Positions 52,183 through 64,000 of a stretch of DNA of 64,000 bases are shown piece by piece (positions within the stretch are counted from its first letter, which is position 1; each line of letters starts with the position of its first letter). Source of the stretch: the human T2T-CHM13v2.0 reference genome, Homo sapiens. Location of the stretch: assembly GCF_009914755.1 (NCBI RefSeq), contig NC_060938.1; one strand, written 5' to 3'. A model generated the notes under the pieces. The model was not told where the DNA came from and did no database searches. It worked only from the letters and a program-made list of their open reading frames with translations. The translations under genes were made by a program, and so were the position numbers.

Positions 52183-54398
52183 TGCAGATGTGAACTATTC
52201 TCTTTCCCACCAAAGATGCCTTTGCTCCCACCAAGATTCTCAGCATTGCTTTTACTCTCTCTTGGCCCAGAGAGATGGGTCCTGGAGATATTTTCACTTT
52301 CCTCCTTCAGCTTGGTCCTCCTTTTCGCCCACCACCCCCTCCCTCTGGCCCCTGCAATGAGACTTTGAAGTTGATGTCAATTTGCCCCCTTACCGCACCA
52401 CTCCGAACTCCTAGGTTTTGCTGTGATGGTTTCATAGTTTTGAACTCTGTGTGATAGTCTCTTCCTTCTGTTTGAGGAGAATTTAACAAGCATATTATGC
52501 TACTCCCAGACAGCTTCATCATGTTCATCTGCGTCTAATTATGCACACACATATATACAATATTATGTTTAACTACATATCGCTGAATGCCATGTACCCT
52601 GCCCTTCATCTCCCCATCTTTAGTCTATCTTTGGGTTCATTTATCATTTAATGAACATTATTATCAAGTCCCTTTTCAGATGGATCATGTGAGTGTATTC
52701 TTCTAGTGAAGGATGGCCTTGACTGAGTATGGATTTGGTTTCTCCATCCTTTTCACTCAGCTGTCTGTAGATGCAATTCCACCATCTTCAATCTTCTAGT
52801 TAATGCAGAGAAGTCTGATGTGAGTCTAATTATTTATCCTTTTAGGTAATTTATTTCTGCCAGGAAGCTCATAAAACCTTCTATTTATGCTTAGAATTCA
52901 GGGATTTACTAGGATATGCCTACATCTATGCCTTTTCTTATTAATCCAGGCCTAGAACTTAGTACAACTTTTCCATCCACAGACTCCGTTTTTTTCTTTG
53001 TCTCAAGAAAGTGGTCTTCTGTTATGTCTTCTGTTCTTTAATTGTCCTTTCTCTATGTATCCCTTTCTCATTTTCTGAAATTCCTGTAGTTCGTGTATTA
53101 AGTTTCCCTCCTCTCTCCTCCTAGTCTTTTATCTTGTCTCTCCTGATTTCAAAGTCATGTTGTTCTGAGATTTCAGATAGTTCATGCACTTGGCCCTCTG
53201 AGCCACTGACTTAGGCCTCAACTATGACTGACACCTCCTATTCCTTTGTTTAGCTCAGAGACTAGTCCCAGGGAGTCTTTTTCTTACTATCACCTGAACA
53301 TCTTTATATTACTCTTATGTTTTAAAATTCAAGTCATCTGCTTCCCCCAGGCCCTCTGTTTCACTGAGTACCTGTTCTGTCTATCTTGGCTTCCCTCTCT
53401 CTCTCTACCTTTGGACCCTCTAGATAGGTTATGGGTTTTTGTTTTTTTTCACCTCTTTAGGGTGCTGGTTTAGTTTGATTATTAACATGTCCTCAGCAGA
53501 AGTTTATGCAGGTAAAAAGGTAGAGCTGGTGTAGACCAGGGCTTAGCCCCTGGCCCCACTGCTGAGGCTCCTGGCTAGCAGAGCCTCTCTGCTCTCAAGG
53601 CTTGCTGTGCTGACCCAGCATCAAAGGAAGGCAGAACTTAACCCACTATTTCATTGTCTTCTTCAGCAGTTGATGTCCAAGGGACCAGGCCCATCCTGTG
53701 GGTAAGTGGTGGCCTTTCCTCCACTCCCTCTGAAGTCCTCAGGTCTCTGAGGCTCAAGTGCTTCTCACTGGGTATCTTAAAATGCCTAGTGTTTACCCTG
53801 GAACTCCAGGAAGGTGATGTCTGGGCCCTTGCTCAACCCCACAGGGGATAATGATTCATACCTGTAATTACCACAAAGCCAGGACCACCACCACCCCCCA
53901 ACCACGCTCTGGAGATTAGCTCCCTCTGGGATCCGTAGACAAGGCAAACAGAATGGAGAAGGGAGACAAGGGCTCAGCCAGTTAGCAGACTTCCAGATTC
54001 CCCCTCATTAACATCATTAGCATTAAACGTTAGAAGGAGGGAGGATGACACAGGAAAAAAAAATGGGACAAAAAAGAGCGGAGTATTTCACAAATCAAGA
54101 TGCTTAGGAATTTGAGACTAATATTTATTAAGCATCTACTATGTGCCAGATAGACATTGATACTTTTGTACATTATCACATCTCATTCTCTTATCAATCC
54201 TAAAGTTAGATATGTTGATCCTCAATTATAGATGAGAAAACAGCTACAGATGAGAGATTCAGGAAGATTAGTCGAAAAGTTCAAAGTCTAATGGGTAGAA
54301 GAAGTGGCAGAGATAAAATTGAAATTGGAATAAGGTCTTCCCTATTCCAAGATCATGACCTTTTACTGCACCGTACTGAGCACAGGTACTTTCAAATG

Positions 54399-54399
<1 letters not shown>

Positions 54400-54429
<30 letters not shown>

Positions 54430-54716
54430 TTTTTGAGACGGAGTCTTACTCTGTTGCCCAGGCTGGAGTGCAGTGGCACGATCTCTGCTCACTGCCACCT
54501 CCGCCTCCCGGGTTCATGCCATTCTTCTGCCTCGGCCTCCTGAGTAGCTGGGACTACAGCCACCCACCACCACGCCCGGCTAATTTTTTGTATTTTTAGT
54601 AGAGATGGGGTTTCACCATGTTAGCCAGGACGGTCTTGATCTCCTGACCTCATGATCTGCCCACCTTGGCCTCCCAAAGTGCTGGGACTACAGGTGTGAG
54701 CCACTGCGCCCGGCCC
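54400..54716 (-). mobile_element. AluY-like element with (TA)n-T tail
   Basis: 'ctccgcctcccgggttcatgccattc', 'ttagccaggacggtcttgatctcc'. Confidence 0.93.
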
Positions 54717-55068
54717 TCAAATATTTTTCTTAAAAAACAAACAAACCACTCTGCCTAGTAGTGTCTGGTTATTTTACAAGGCCTTGTAACAGTCACATCT
54801 CCCAGTGGTGACACTACTTGGAATGAACATGCTGTTTCTGAGCAGGGGAAGAATTCATTTTCCTCCTGTAAGAATCTGCCAGAACTAAGAATAGGCCAGG
54901 GACAACCTGTGTATTTAATAAAGCCCTGCATCAGGAGTGCCAGCCTGGTGAAGCATCCCCTTGGCTAATGAAGGAAGGCAGAGAGATGGCTGTGGCAGGG
55001 CTGGGATCACCAGAACTTGCCTCTCAGATGTGCTAGACACACATGCACCCTCACATGCACACATAGGC

Positions 55069-55442
55069 TGCTATGGTTTGAATGTGTCACCAGATTTTAT
55101 GTGTTGGAAACTTAGTACCCAAATTCATATATTGATGGCATTAGGTGGTAGGGCCTTTGGGAGATAAATAGGATTAGATAAGGTCATCAGGGCGGGGCCC
55201 CCACGGGGGGACTGGCGGCTTTATAAGAAGGGGAAGAGAGAACTAAATTAGTACACTCGTTCTGTCTTGTCATGTGATGCTTCCCGCCATGTCATGAGGT
55301 AGCAGGAAGGCCCTCAGCAGATGCTGATGTTATGCTTTTGGATTTCCCAGCCTCCAGAACTATAGGATAAATAAACCACTATTCTTTATAAATTACCCAA
55401 TCTGTGGTATTCAGTAATAGCAACGGAAAATGGACTAAGACA
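55069..55442 (+). mobile_element. MST (MSTC/MSTD-like) MaLR solo LTR
   Basis: 'tgctatggtttgaatgtgtc'...'ataaattacccaatctgtggtattcagtaatagcaacggaaaatggactaagaca'. Confidence 0.85.
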
Positions 55443-55910
55443 CATGCATATACACACATGACATGTACACATCATGTACACACACACACCAGAAACATAC
55501 ACACATGCACATCCACACCAGACATGCCACACATACACCACATACATACATACACATGCACACATAACCATGATACACATACACACAAATAACACACACA
55601 CATACAACACACACATGCACACACCCCACACACAAACTCACTGTGCATAAACATACATATGCATGCATGCACACACACCACAGATGCACACACATACACA
55701 CATACATATGCCACACATACACACAAACAGCACACACTTATTCATACCACACATGTGCACACATCACATGTAGGCACACACATGCACACACATCCCCACA
55801 TACATACATGCACCAAACACATAGACATACACATGGATACATGCACACACACCACACATGCACACGCATACCACACATATACATATACATGCACACAGAC
55901 ACACAATGTA
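55443..55910. repeat. Degenerate (CA)/(CATA)-rich low-complexity tract
   Basis: Directly visible; source of the His/Thr- and Cys/Val-rich spurious ORFs. Confidence 0.95.
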
Positions 55911-56734
55911 CAATTTAATACTATCTTCAACTTGAATGTTTGCTGGACTCAAGTCAAACAGCTTTAGCATACGAGCAAAGAATAAGAACTTCCCAGTTAA
56001 TGACTTTGTATTTTTTAAAAACTGTTTTTAACTCTTGGCTCTTGTATGTTGCACAAGTAGCTTTATGCTAGCAATCAAGCAAATGAGAAAGATGGGAAAC
56101 ATTCACCCAGAATCCCTCTAGTCCAGTCCAACACTTTGTTTTAATTTTTCCACATCTCTCCTCATCCCTTTGTCAGATGAAGGCATATTTTACAAAGCTC
56201 CAATGTTTTTCCACTTGTCTTTTCCTGTGTTACAACATTACCTTCAGAACTATTGTTATCAGCCAAAATTTGTTCCATCAAGTGGAGATGTCTTAGTTTA
56301 CTTTGTTGGGTAAATATCTCCACTGCTGTATGTCAGGACTCTGAGCCCAAGCTAAGCCATCCTATCCCCCGTGACCTGCACATACGCATCCAGATGGCTG
56401 GTTTCTGCCTTAACTGATGACATTCCACCACAAAAGAAGTGAAAATGGCCTGTTCCTGCCTTAACTGATGACATTATCTTGTGAAATTCCTTCTCCTGGC
56501 TCATACTGGCTCAAAAGCTCCCCTACTGAGCACCTTGTGACCCCCAACTCCTGCCCGCCAGAGAACAACTCCCCTTTTCCTTTACCTACCCAAATCCTAT
56601 AAAATAGCACCACCCCTATCTCCCTTTGCTGACTCTCTTTTCGGACTCAGCCCACGTGCACCCAGGTGATTAAAAGGTTTATTGCTCACACAAAGCCTGT
56701 TTGGTGGTCTCTTCACATGGACGCACATGAAATT

Positions 56735-56752
56735 TGGTGCCGTGACTAGGAT
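56735..56752 (+). promoter_or_regulatory. HERV-H primer-binding site (tRNA-His), one mismatch
   Basis: TGGTGCCGTGACTAGGAT versus canonical TGGTGCCGTGACTCGGAT, immediately after the 5' LTR. Confidence 0.92.
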
Positions 56753-56871
56753 CGGGGGACCTCCCTTGGGAGATCAATCCCCTGTCCTCCTGCTCTTTGC
56801 TCCGTGAGAAAGATCCACCTACAACCTCAGGTCCTCAGACCAACCAGCCCAAGAAACATCTCACCAATTTC

Positions 56872-56884
56872 AAATCTGGTAAGC
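56872..56884 (+). promoter_or_regulatory. HERV-H major splice donor
   Basis: 'aaatctg|gtaagc' with GT at 56879-56880, in the position of the HERV-H leader donor. Confidence 0.7.
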
Positions 56885-57059
56885 TGCCTCATTTTACTCT
56901 CTTCTCCAACCTCCCTCACTATCCCTCAACCACTTTCTCCTTTCAATCTTGGCACCACACTTCAATCTCTCCCTTCTCTTAATTTCAATTCCTTTCATTC
57001 TCTGGCAGAGACAAAAGAGACACGTTTTATCCATGGACCCAAAACTCCGGCGCCGGTCA

Positions 57060-57460
57060 CCGGCAAGAACCCCATCCCTTCTCTCCGTGTCTCTACCCCT
57101 TCTCTGCTTTTCTGGGGGAGGGGCATGAACCCCTCAACCCCTTCTCCTTCACCCTTAGTGGCAAGTCCCACTTTTCTGGGGGAGAGGCAAGAACCCCTCA
57201 AGCCCTTCTCCTGCACCCTTAGCGGCAAGTCCCGCTTTTCTGGGGGAGGGGCAAGAACGCCTCAACTCCTTCTCCTTCAACCTTAGCGGCAAATCCTTCT
57301 TCTCTGGGGGAGGGGCAGGAACCCTGACATCTTATCTCTGTGCCCCAATCTCTTATTTCTGCACCCCGACCTCTTATCTCTGTGCCCCAACCCCTTATTT
57401 CTGCACCCCACCCCCTTCTCTGCTTTTCTGGAGGGCAAGAACCCCTCACCCCTTCTCTAT
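57060..57460. repeat. HERV-H leader tandem repeats
   Basis: Repeated 'ttttctggggga(g)ggggcaagaacccc' and 'cttatctctgtgcccca' units. Confidence 0.85.
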
Positions 57461-58348
57461 GTCTTGACTCTCTTTTCTCTGGGCTTGCCTCCTCCACTAT
57501 GGGAAAGCTTCCGCCTTCCATTCCTCCTTTTCTCCCTTAGCCTGTGTTCTTAAGAACTTAAAACCTCTTCAACTCTCACCTGACCTAAAATCTAAGCATC
57601 TTATTTTCTTCTGCAATGCCACTTGACCCCAATACAAACTCAACAGTAGTTCCAAATACCCGGAAAATGGCCCTTTCAATTTTTCCATCCTACAAGATCT
57701 AAATAATTTTTGTCATAAAATAGGCAAACGATCTGAGGTGCCTGACATTCAGGCATTCTTTTACACATTGGTCCCTCCCTAGTCTCTGTTCCCAATGCAA
57801 CTCATCCCAAATCTTCCTTCTTTCCCTCCCACCTGTCCCCTCAGTCCCAACCCCAAGCATCGCTGAGTCTTTCTGATCTTCCTTTTCTACAGACCTCTCC
57901 CCTCCTCGCCAGGCCAAGCTAGGTCCCAATTCTTCCTCAGCCTCCGCTCCTCCACCCTATAATCCTTTTATCACCTCCCCTCCTCACACCTGGTCCGGCT
58001 TACAGTTTCGTTCCATGACTAGCCCTCCCCCACCTGCCCAGCAATTTACTCTTAAAAAGGTGGCTGGAGCTAAAGGCATAGTCAAGGTTAATGCTCCTTT
58101 TTCTTTATCCCAAATTAGATAGCGTTTAGGCTCTTTTTCATCAAATATAAAAATCCAGCCCAGTTCATGGCTCGTTTGGCAGCAACCCTGAGATGCTTTA
58201 CAGCCCTAGACCCTAAAAGGTCAAAAGGCCGTCTTATTCTCAACATACATTTTATTACCCAATCTGCTCCCAACATTAAATAAAACTCCAAAAATTAAAT
58301 TCCGGCCCTCAAACCCCACAACAGGACTTAATTAACCTCACCTTCAAG

Positions 58349-58726
58349 GTGTACAATAATAGAGTCGAGGCAGCCAAGTATCAACATATTTCTGAGTTGC
58401 AATTCCTTGCCTCCACTGTGAGACAAACCCCAGCCACATCTCCAGCACACAAGAACTTCCAAACGCCTAAACCGCAGTGGCCAGGTGTTCCTCCAGAACC
58501 GCCTCCCCCAGGAGCTTGCTACAAGTGTCAGAAATCTGGCCACCAGGCCAAGGAATGCCCACAGCCCGGGATTCCTCCTAAGCTGTGTCCCATCTGTGTG
58601 GGACCCCACTGGAAATTGGACTGTTCAACTCACCTGGCAGCCACTCCCAGAGCCCCTGGAACTCTGGCCCAAGGCTCTCTGACTGACTCCTTCCCAGATC
58701 TTCTCGGCTTAGCAGCTGAAGACTGA
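58349..58726 (+). pseudogene. gag: HERV-H gag C-terminal remnant (nucleocapsid zinc knuckles)
   Basis: CYKCQKSGHQAKEC (CX2CX4HX4C) and CPICVGPHWKLDC; no ATG (GTG start), upstream gag broken. Confidence 0.9.
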
Positions 58727-58762
58727 CACTGCCTGATCACCTCAGAAGCCCTGTAGACCATC

Positions 58763-59100
58763 ATGGACGCCGAGCTTCAAGTAACTCTCACAGTGGAGGG
58801 TAAGTCCCTCCCCTTCTTAATCAATACGGAGGCTACCGACTCCACATTACCTTCTTTTCAAGGGCCTGTTTCCCTTGCCTCTGTAACTGTTGTGGGTGTT
58901 GACAGCCAGGCTTCTAAACCTCTTAAAACTCCCCAACTCTGGTGCCAACTTAGACAATACTCTTTTAAGCACTCCTTTTTAGTTATCCCCACCTGCCCAG
59001 TTCCCTTATTAGGCTGAGACACTTTAACTAAATTATCTGCTTCCCTGACTATTCCTGGACTACAGCTACATCTCATTGCCGCCCTTCTTCCCAATCCAAA
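58763..59100 (+). pseudogene. pro: HERV-H protease remnant
   Basis: 'VTLTVEGK..PFLINTEAT.S.L' (catalytic DTGA replaced by NTEA) and 'PTCPVPLLG*' with a stop at the GRD motif. Confidence 0.88.
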
Positions 59101-59170
59101 GCCTCCTTTGCATCCTCCTCTTGTATCCCCTCACCTTAACCCACAAGTATAAGATACCTCTGCTCCCTCC

Positions 59171-61150
59171 TTGGTGACCGATCATGCACCCCTTACCATC
59201 TCATTAAAACCTAATCACCCTTACCCCATTCAATGCCAATATCCCATCCCACAGCATGCTTTAAAAGGATTAAAGCCTGTTATCACTTGCCTGCTATGGC
59301 ATGGCCTTTTAAAGCCTATAAACTCTCCTTACAATTCCCCCATTTTACCTGTCCTAAAACCAGACAAGCCTCACGAATTAGTTCAGGATCTATGCCTTAT
59401 CAACCAAATTGTTTTGGCTATCCACCCCATGGTGCCAAACCCATATACTCTCCTATCCTCAACACCTCCCTCCACAATCCATTATTCTGTTCTGGATCTC
59501 AAACATGCTTTCCTTACTATTTCTTTGTACCCTGCATCCCAGCCTGTCTTTGCTTTCACCTGGACTGACCCTGACACCCATCAAGCTCAGCCAATTACCT
59601 AGGCTGTACTGCTGCAAAGCTTCACAGACAGCCCCCATTACTTCAGTCAAGCCCAAATTTCTTCCTCATCTGTTACCTATTTCGGCATAATTCTCATAAA
59701 AACACATGTGCTCTCCCTGCTGATCGTGTCAGCTAATCTTCCAAACCCCAATCCCTTCTACAAAACAAAAACTCCTTTCCTTCCTAGGCATGGTTGGATA
59801 CTTTCACCTTTGGATACCTGGTTTTGCTATCCTAATGAAACCATTATATAAACTGACAAAAGGAAACCTAGCTGACCCCATAGATCCTAAATCCTTTCCC
59901 CACTCCTCTTTCCATTCCTTTAAGACAGCTTTAGAGACTGCCCCCACCCTACCTCTCTCTGACTCATCCCAACCCTTTTCATTACGCACAGCCGAAGTGC
60001 AGGGCTGTGCAGTTGGAATTCTTACACAAGGACTGGGAACGCGCCCTGTAACCTTTTTGTCCAAACAACTTGACCTTACTGTTTTAGGCTGGCCATCATG
60101 TCTCCATGCAGCTGCAGCTGCCACTCTAATACTTTTAGAGGCCCTTAAAATCACAAACTATGCTCAACTCACTCTCTACAGCTCTCATAATTTCCAAAAT
60201 CTATTTTTTTCCTCACACCTGATGCATATACTTTATGCTCCCCGGCTCCTTCAGCTGTACTCACTCTTTGTTGAGTCTACCACAATTACCATTGTTCCTG
60301 GCCCAGATTTCAATCCGGCCTCCCACATTATTCCTGATACCACACCTGACCCTCATAACTGCATCTCTCTGATCCACCTGACGTTCACCCCATTTCCCCA
60401 CATTTCCTTCTTTCCTGTTTCTCACCCTGCTCACACTTGGTTTATTGATGGCAGTTCCACCAGGCCTAATCACCACACACCAGCAAAGGCAGGCTATGCT
60501 ATAGTACAAGCCACCAGCCCGCCTCTTAGAACCTCTCATTTCCTTTCCATTATGGAAATCTATCCTCAAGGAAATAACTTCTCAGTGTTCCATCTGCTAT
60601 TCTACTACTCCTCAGGGATTATTCAGGCTCCCTCCCTTCCCTACACATCAAGCTCAGGGATTTGCCCCCACCCAGGACTGGCAAATTAGCTTTACTCAAC
60701 ATGCCCTGAGTCAGGAAACTAAAATACCTCTTGGTCTAGGTAGACACTTTCACTGGATAGGTAGAGGCCTTTCCTACAGGTTCTAAGAAGGCCACCATGG
60801 TCATTTCTTCCCTTCTGTCAGACATAATTCCTTGGTTTGGCCTTCCCACCTCTATACAGTCCGATAACAGACCAGCCTTTATTAGTCAAATCACCCAAGC
60901 ATTTTTTCAGGCTCTTAGTATTCGGTGAAAACTTTATATCGCTTACAGTCCTCAGTGTTCAGGAAAGGTAGAACAGACTAATGGTCTTTTAAAAACACAC
61001 CTCATCAAGCTCAGCCAACAACTGAAAAAGGACTAGGCAATACATTTACCTCTTTCCCTTCTCAGAATTCAGGCCTGTCCTTGGAGTGCTACAAGGTACA
61101 GCCCATATGAGCTCCTGTATAGATGCTCCTTTTTATTAGGCCCCAGTCTC
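59171..61150 (+). pseudogene. pol: HERV-H pol remnant (RT, connection/RNase H, integrase), fragmented and deleted
   Basis: 'QYPI', 'SPYNSPILPV.KP', 'LVQDL..IN', 'YSVLDLKHAF', 'FAFTWTDP', 'WFIDGSS'; integrase-like segment 60680-61150 with stops. Confidence 0.92.
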
Positions 61151-62714
61151 ATTCCAGACACCAGACCAACTTGGACTGTGCCCCAAAAAACTTGTCAACC
61201 CTACTATCTTCTGTCTAGTCATACTCCTATTCACCGTTCTCAACTACTCATACATGCCCTGCTCTTGTTTACGCTGCCAGTTTACACTGTTTCTCCAAGA
61301 CATCACAGCTGATATCTCCTGGTGCTATCCCCAAACCGCCACTCTTAACTCTTAAAGTAAATAAATAATCTTTGCTGGCAAGGCTATGCGAACCTCCTTA
61401 GGCACTCTCTAATTAGATGTCCTAGGTCCTCCCAATTCTTAGTCCTTAAATACCTGTTTTTCTCCTTCTCTTATTCCGTTTAGTTTTTTAATGCATACAA
61501 AACTGTATCCAGGCCATCACCAATAATTCTAAATGACAAATGTTTCTTCTAACAACCCCACAATATCATCCCTTACCACAAAATCTTTCTTCAGCTTAAT
61601 CTCTCCCACTCTAGGTTCCCACGCCGCCCCTAATCCCGCTCGAAGCAGCCCTGAGAAACATTGTCTATTATCTCTTCATACCACCCCCCAAAAATTTTCA
61701 CCGTCCCAACACTTTACCACTATTTCATTTTCTTTCTCTTATTAATATAAGAAGACAGGAATATCAGACCTCTGAGCCCAAGCTAAGCCATCATATCCCC
61801 TGTGACCTGCACGTACACATCCAGATGGCCGGTTCCTGCCTTAACTGATGACATTCCACCACAAAAGAAGTGAAAATGGCCTGTTCCTGCCTTAACTGAT
61901 GACATTATCTTGTGAAATTCCTTTTCCTGGCTCATCCTGGCTCAAAAGCTCCCCTACTGAGCACCTTGTGACCCCTACTCCTGCCCGCCAGAGAACAACT
62001 CCTCTTTTCCTTTACCTACCCAAATCCTATAAAACGGCCCCACCCCTATCTCCCTTTGCTGACTCTCTTTTCGGACTCAGCCCACCTGCACCCAGGTGAT
62101 TAAAAGGTTTATTGCTCACACAAAGCCTGTTTGGTGGTCTCTTCACACGGACGCGCATGAAACTGTATCTTTTTAATTGTTTGCAAAGATTTGCCACCAT
62201 ACATAACAGCACAGGGAACATTTTCGTGGAGAGGGGTTCTACTGTTTTGGAGGCTGGATTGGTGGGTGGATGGATGGGAGAGGTTGAACTGAAATTTCAT
62301 CTTTGTGGGACTCTTGAAGAAACCCAGAGATGGCGCGAGGTACTCACAGAGTGAGAGGCTGAGCTAGGAGGGTCAGCCACCCAGCTCCCCTCCAGCCAGA
62401 GCTTTGCTTTTGTCTCTTAGATGTTAGACCTTGGCAGACAGTGTTGTTTCACCAAAAAGTGGCACTGCTGAACATATATTTGAAACTCAGAGGTCAGAAT
62501 TAGACCTAAGCAGATTCCTATCCAGCTCCCTTTTGTTCATTAAGGCATATTATCATTCATGAATGGGCATTGCATTTAATTAATCATTCATTCAGCACTT
62601 TTTGAAGATCCATTCTGTGCCAGGCTAAATTCCAAAGGTAAACATACAGACAGGGAGTCCCTGCTTAACTGGCCCCAGTTTAGGTCAAGTGAGAGAGACA
62701 CCGTAATGATGATC

Positions 62715-62890
62715 ATGATAAAAGTTCACATTTATTGGCTTTTTACTAGTCACCAGTATATGCCCTTGTTTAATTCTCATAAGAGCCTTTTAAGGTTTTA
62801 CCTGTGATATGCCCATTTTACAGATAAGGAGATTGAGGCTTAGTTATAAGCCAAAGGTCCAGGGGTAATAAGTGTCGTGCTGAGCTCTCT
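62715..62890 (-). mobile_element. MIR fragment
   Basis: 'gcccattttacagataaggagattgaggcttag'. Confidence 0.7.
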
Positions 62891-63614
62891 ACTGCCATGC
62901 AACCCTGCATCTCTTGAAGAGGTGACTTGTCAAACCATATGACAATGGCAGCATTGTGCAGTATAAACCATACAGTGCTTTACAGTGCTATGCCATATAA
63001 ACCCTGGAACATGACGTGCTTTCCAGGGCAAAAACGGCAGAAGTGACAAGGAGGAGAAATTTCTCTGACAAAGAACAATGGAATGCGGGGCTTTAAGCAT
63101 AACAAATCCTTTTGGGCTCTTTGAAAAACTGGGTCAGCTCCCAGTGCTGAACACCCTCTTTGCCTGGGGTTTTCTACCTGGAACTGTGTGCAGACGTCAT
63201 TACTGCCCCCCAGAGGACTGAATGGTCTGACAATGCTCTCCAAAGTTAATGACGAAAAATTATGCAAAATCTCAAGGAAATGAGAATCAGGGAAAATGTC
63301 TGTCACTCCATGCCACCATCCTTCCCTTTGGGGCTAAAGTTTTGAGACATGAAAACCAATCCATTTTAACACAAACCCCACGGATGCTTCTGGGAATGAA
63401 GAAAAGGCTGCATTTGCAAGGAGATAAAAGAAGGTAAGGTGGGTCCTCTTTGGCTCTGTTCTCTCCCCGTTACAGATTTCTGAAAAGGCATCATTTGGGG
63501 GACAGGAAACAGCTTGGGATCTAGCTACCAACTCAGAGTGTAACCTTGGGTGTCTCACTTCCCCTGGATGGCTCTTAGCCTCTCCTCTTGGGTCCCATGA
63601 AGGCATTAGACCAG

Positions 63615-63772
63615 GTGTTACAGTCCGGGCTGTCCAGAGAAACTGAGCCAATAAGAGCTATCTTACCTTTAGACACACATTCTTTATGCATATCTTTATA
63701 TACCTATATATCCATATCTATGTAGATATATAGGTATCTATATATGCATAAATTATATATTTTATGTATGTA
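63615..63772 (-). mobile_element. Probable MLT2 LTR end plus TA-rich tract, interrupted by MER4A
   Basis: 'agtccgggctgtccagagaaactgagccaataag' resembles the antisense MLT2 terminus followed by its TA-rich stretch. Confidence 0.5.
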
Positions 63773-63773
63773 T

Positions 63774-64000
63774 TGTGAAAGGAAAATCTTGGGGCCCCCA
63801 AATTACTAAGCCGCAAGGAAAAGTCAAGCTGGGAACTGCTCAGGGCAAACTTACCTCCCGTTCTATTCAAAGTCATCCTTCTGCTCGCTGAGACAGATGC
63901 ATACCTGATTGCCTCCTTTGGGAAGGCTAATCAGAAACTCAAAAGAATGCAACCATTTGTCTCTCAACTACCTGTAACCTGGAAACTCCCTCCCTGCTTC
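63774..64000 (+). mobile_element. MER4A-like ERV1 LTR, truncated by the window end
   Basis: 'tgtgaaaggaaaatcttggggcccccaaattactaagc...tcaagctgggaactgctcagggcaaac'; paralogous to 41479-41909. Confidence 0.88.

Larger units (their letters stand above)
56331..62162 (+). mobile_element. HERV-H provirus, 5832 bp, env-deleted type; LTR7 at 56331-56732 and 61762-62162
   Basis: Two LTR7 copies, His-tRNA PBS, gag/pro/pol remnants, polypurine tract 'aagaagacaggaa' before the 3' LTR, 5-bp TSD CTGTA at 56326-56330 and 62163-62167. Confidence 0.97.

Noticed and set aside
55386-55970. Cys/Val-rich and His/Thr-rich ORFs
   Set aside because: Products of the degenerate (CA)n tract, not metallothionein-like or His-rich proteins.
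57060-57460. Repeat-spacer-like array resembling CRISPR
   Set aside because: Normal HERV-H leader tandem repeats in a mammalian genome; degenerate units, no unique spacers, no cas genes.
61150-61760. HERV-H env gene
   Set aside because: Only about 600 bp separates the integrase remnant from the 3' LTR; env is largely deleted and there is no credible ORF.

Overview
This is primate, almost certainly human, euchromatic DNA rather than microbial DNA, and it is dominated by interspersed repeats (L1, L2, MIR, Alu, MaLR, ERV1/ERVL LTRs, hAT and mariner elements). The only credible cellular coding sequence is a 48-codon ORF at 6326-6472 (+). I recognise it from memory as the TUNAR microprotein (pTUNAR/BNLN), a single-pass regulin-like membrane peptide encoded by a former 'lncRNA', which would place the window at 14q32.2. 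It lies in a terminal exon opening at 6287, with a proximal poly(A) signal at 7052 and distal ones at 8959-9058. Downstream is intergenic sequence containing a complete THE1 MaLR element (24296-26586), several solo LTRs with intact target-site duplications (TSDs), a solo LTR7 inside an Alu, and a 5.8-kb env-deleted HERV-H provirus (56331-62162). Less obvious signals include several snap-back/templated-insertion scars (best: a 39-bp near-perfect inverted repeat at 19220-19342), asymmetric decay of the promoter GC/GT box between the two HERV-H LTRs, an ESRG-like frame interrupted by one stop in the primer-binding site, and a 600-bp polypyrimidine tract. Nearly all other ORFs in the track are repeat-derived or low-complexity noise. 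Repeat subfamily names come from recalled consensus sequences, and boundaries without TSDs are approximate. I found no evidence of a wholly new system; the most testable leads concern TUNAR isoforms and LTR7/HERV-H regulation near TUNAR.
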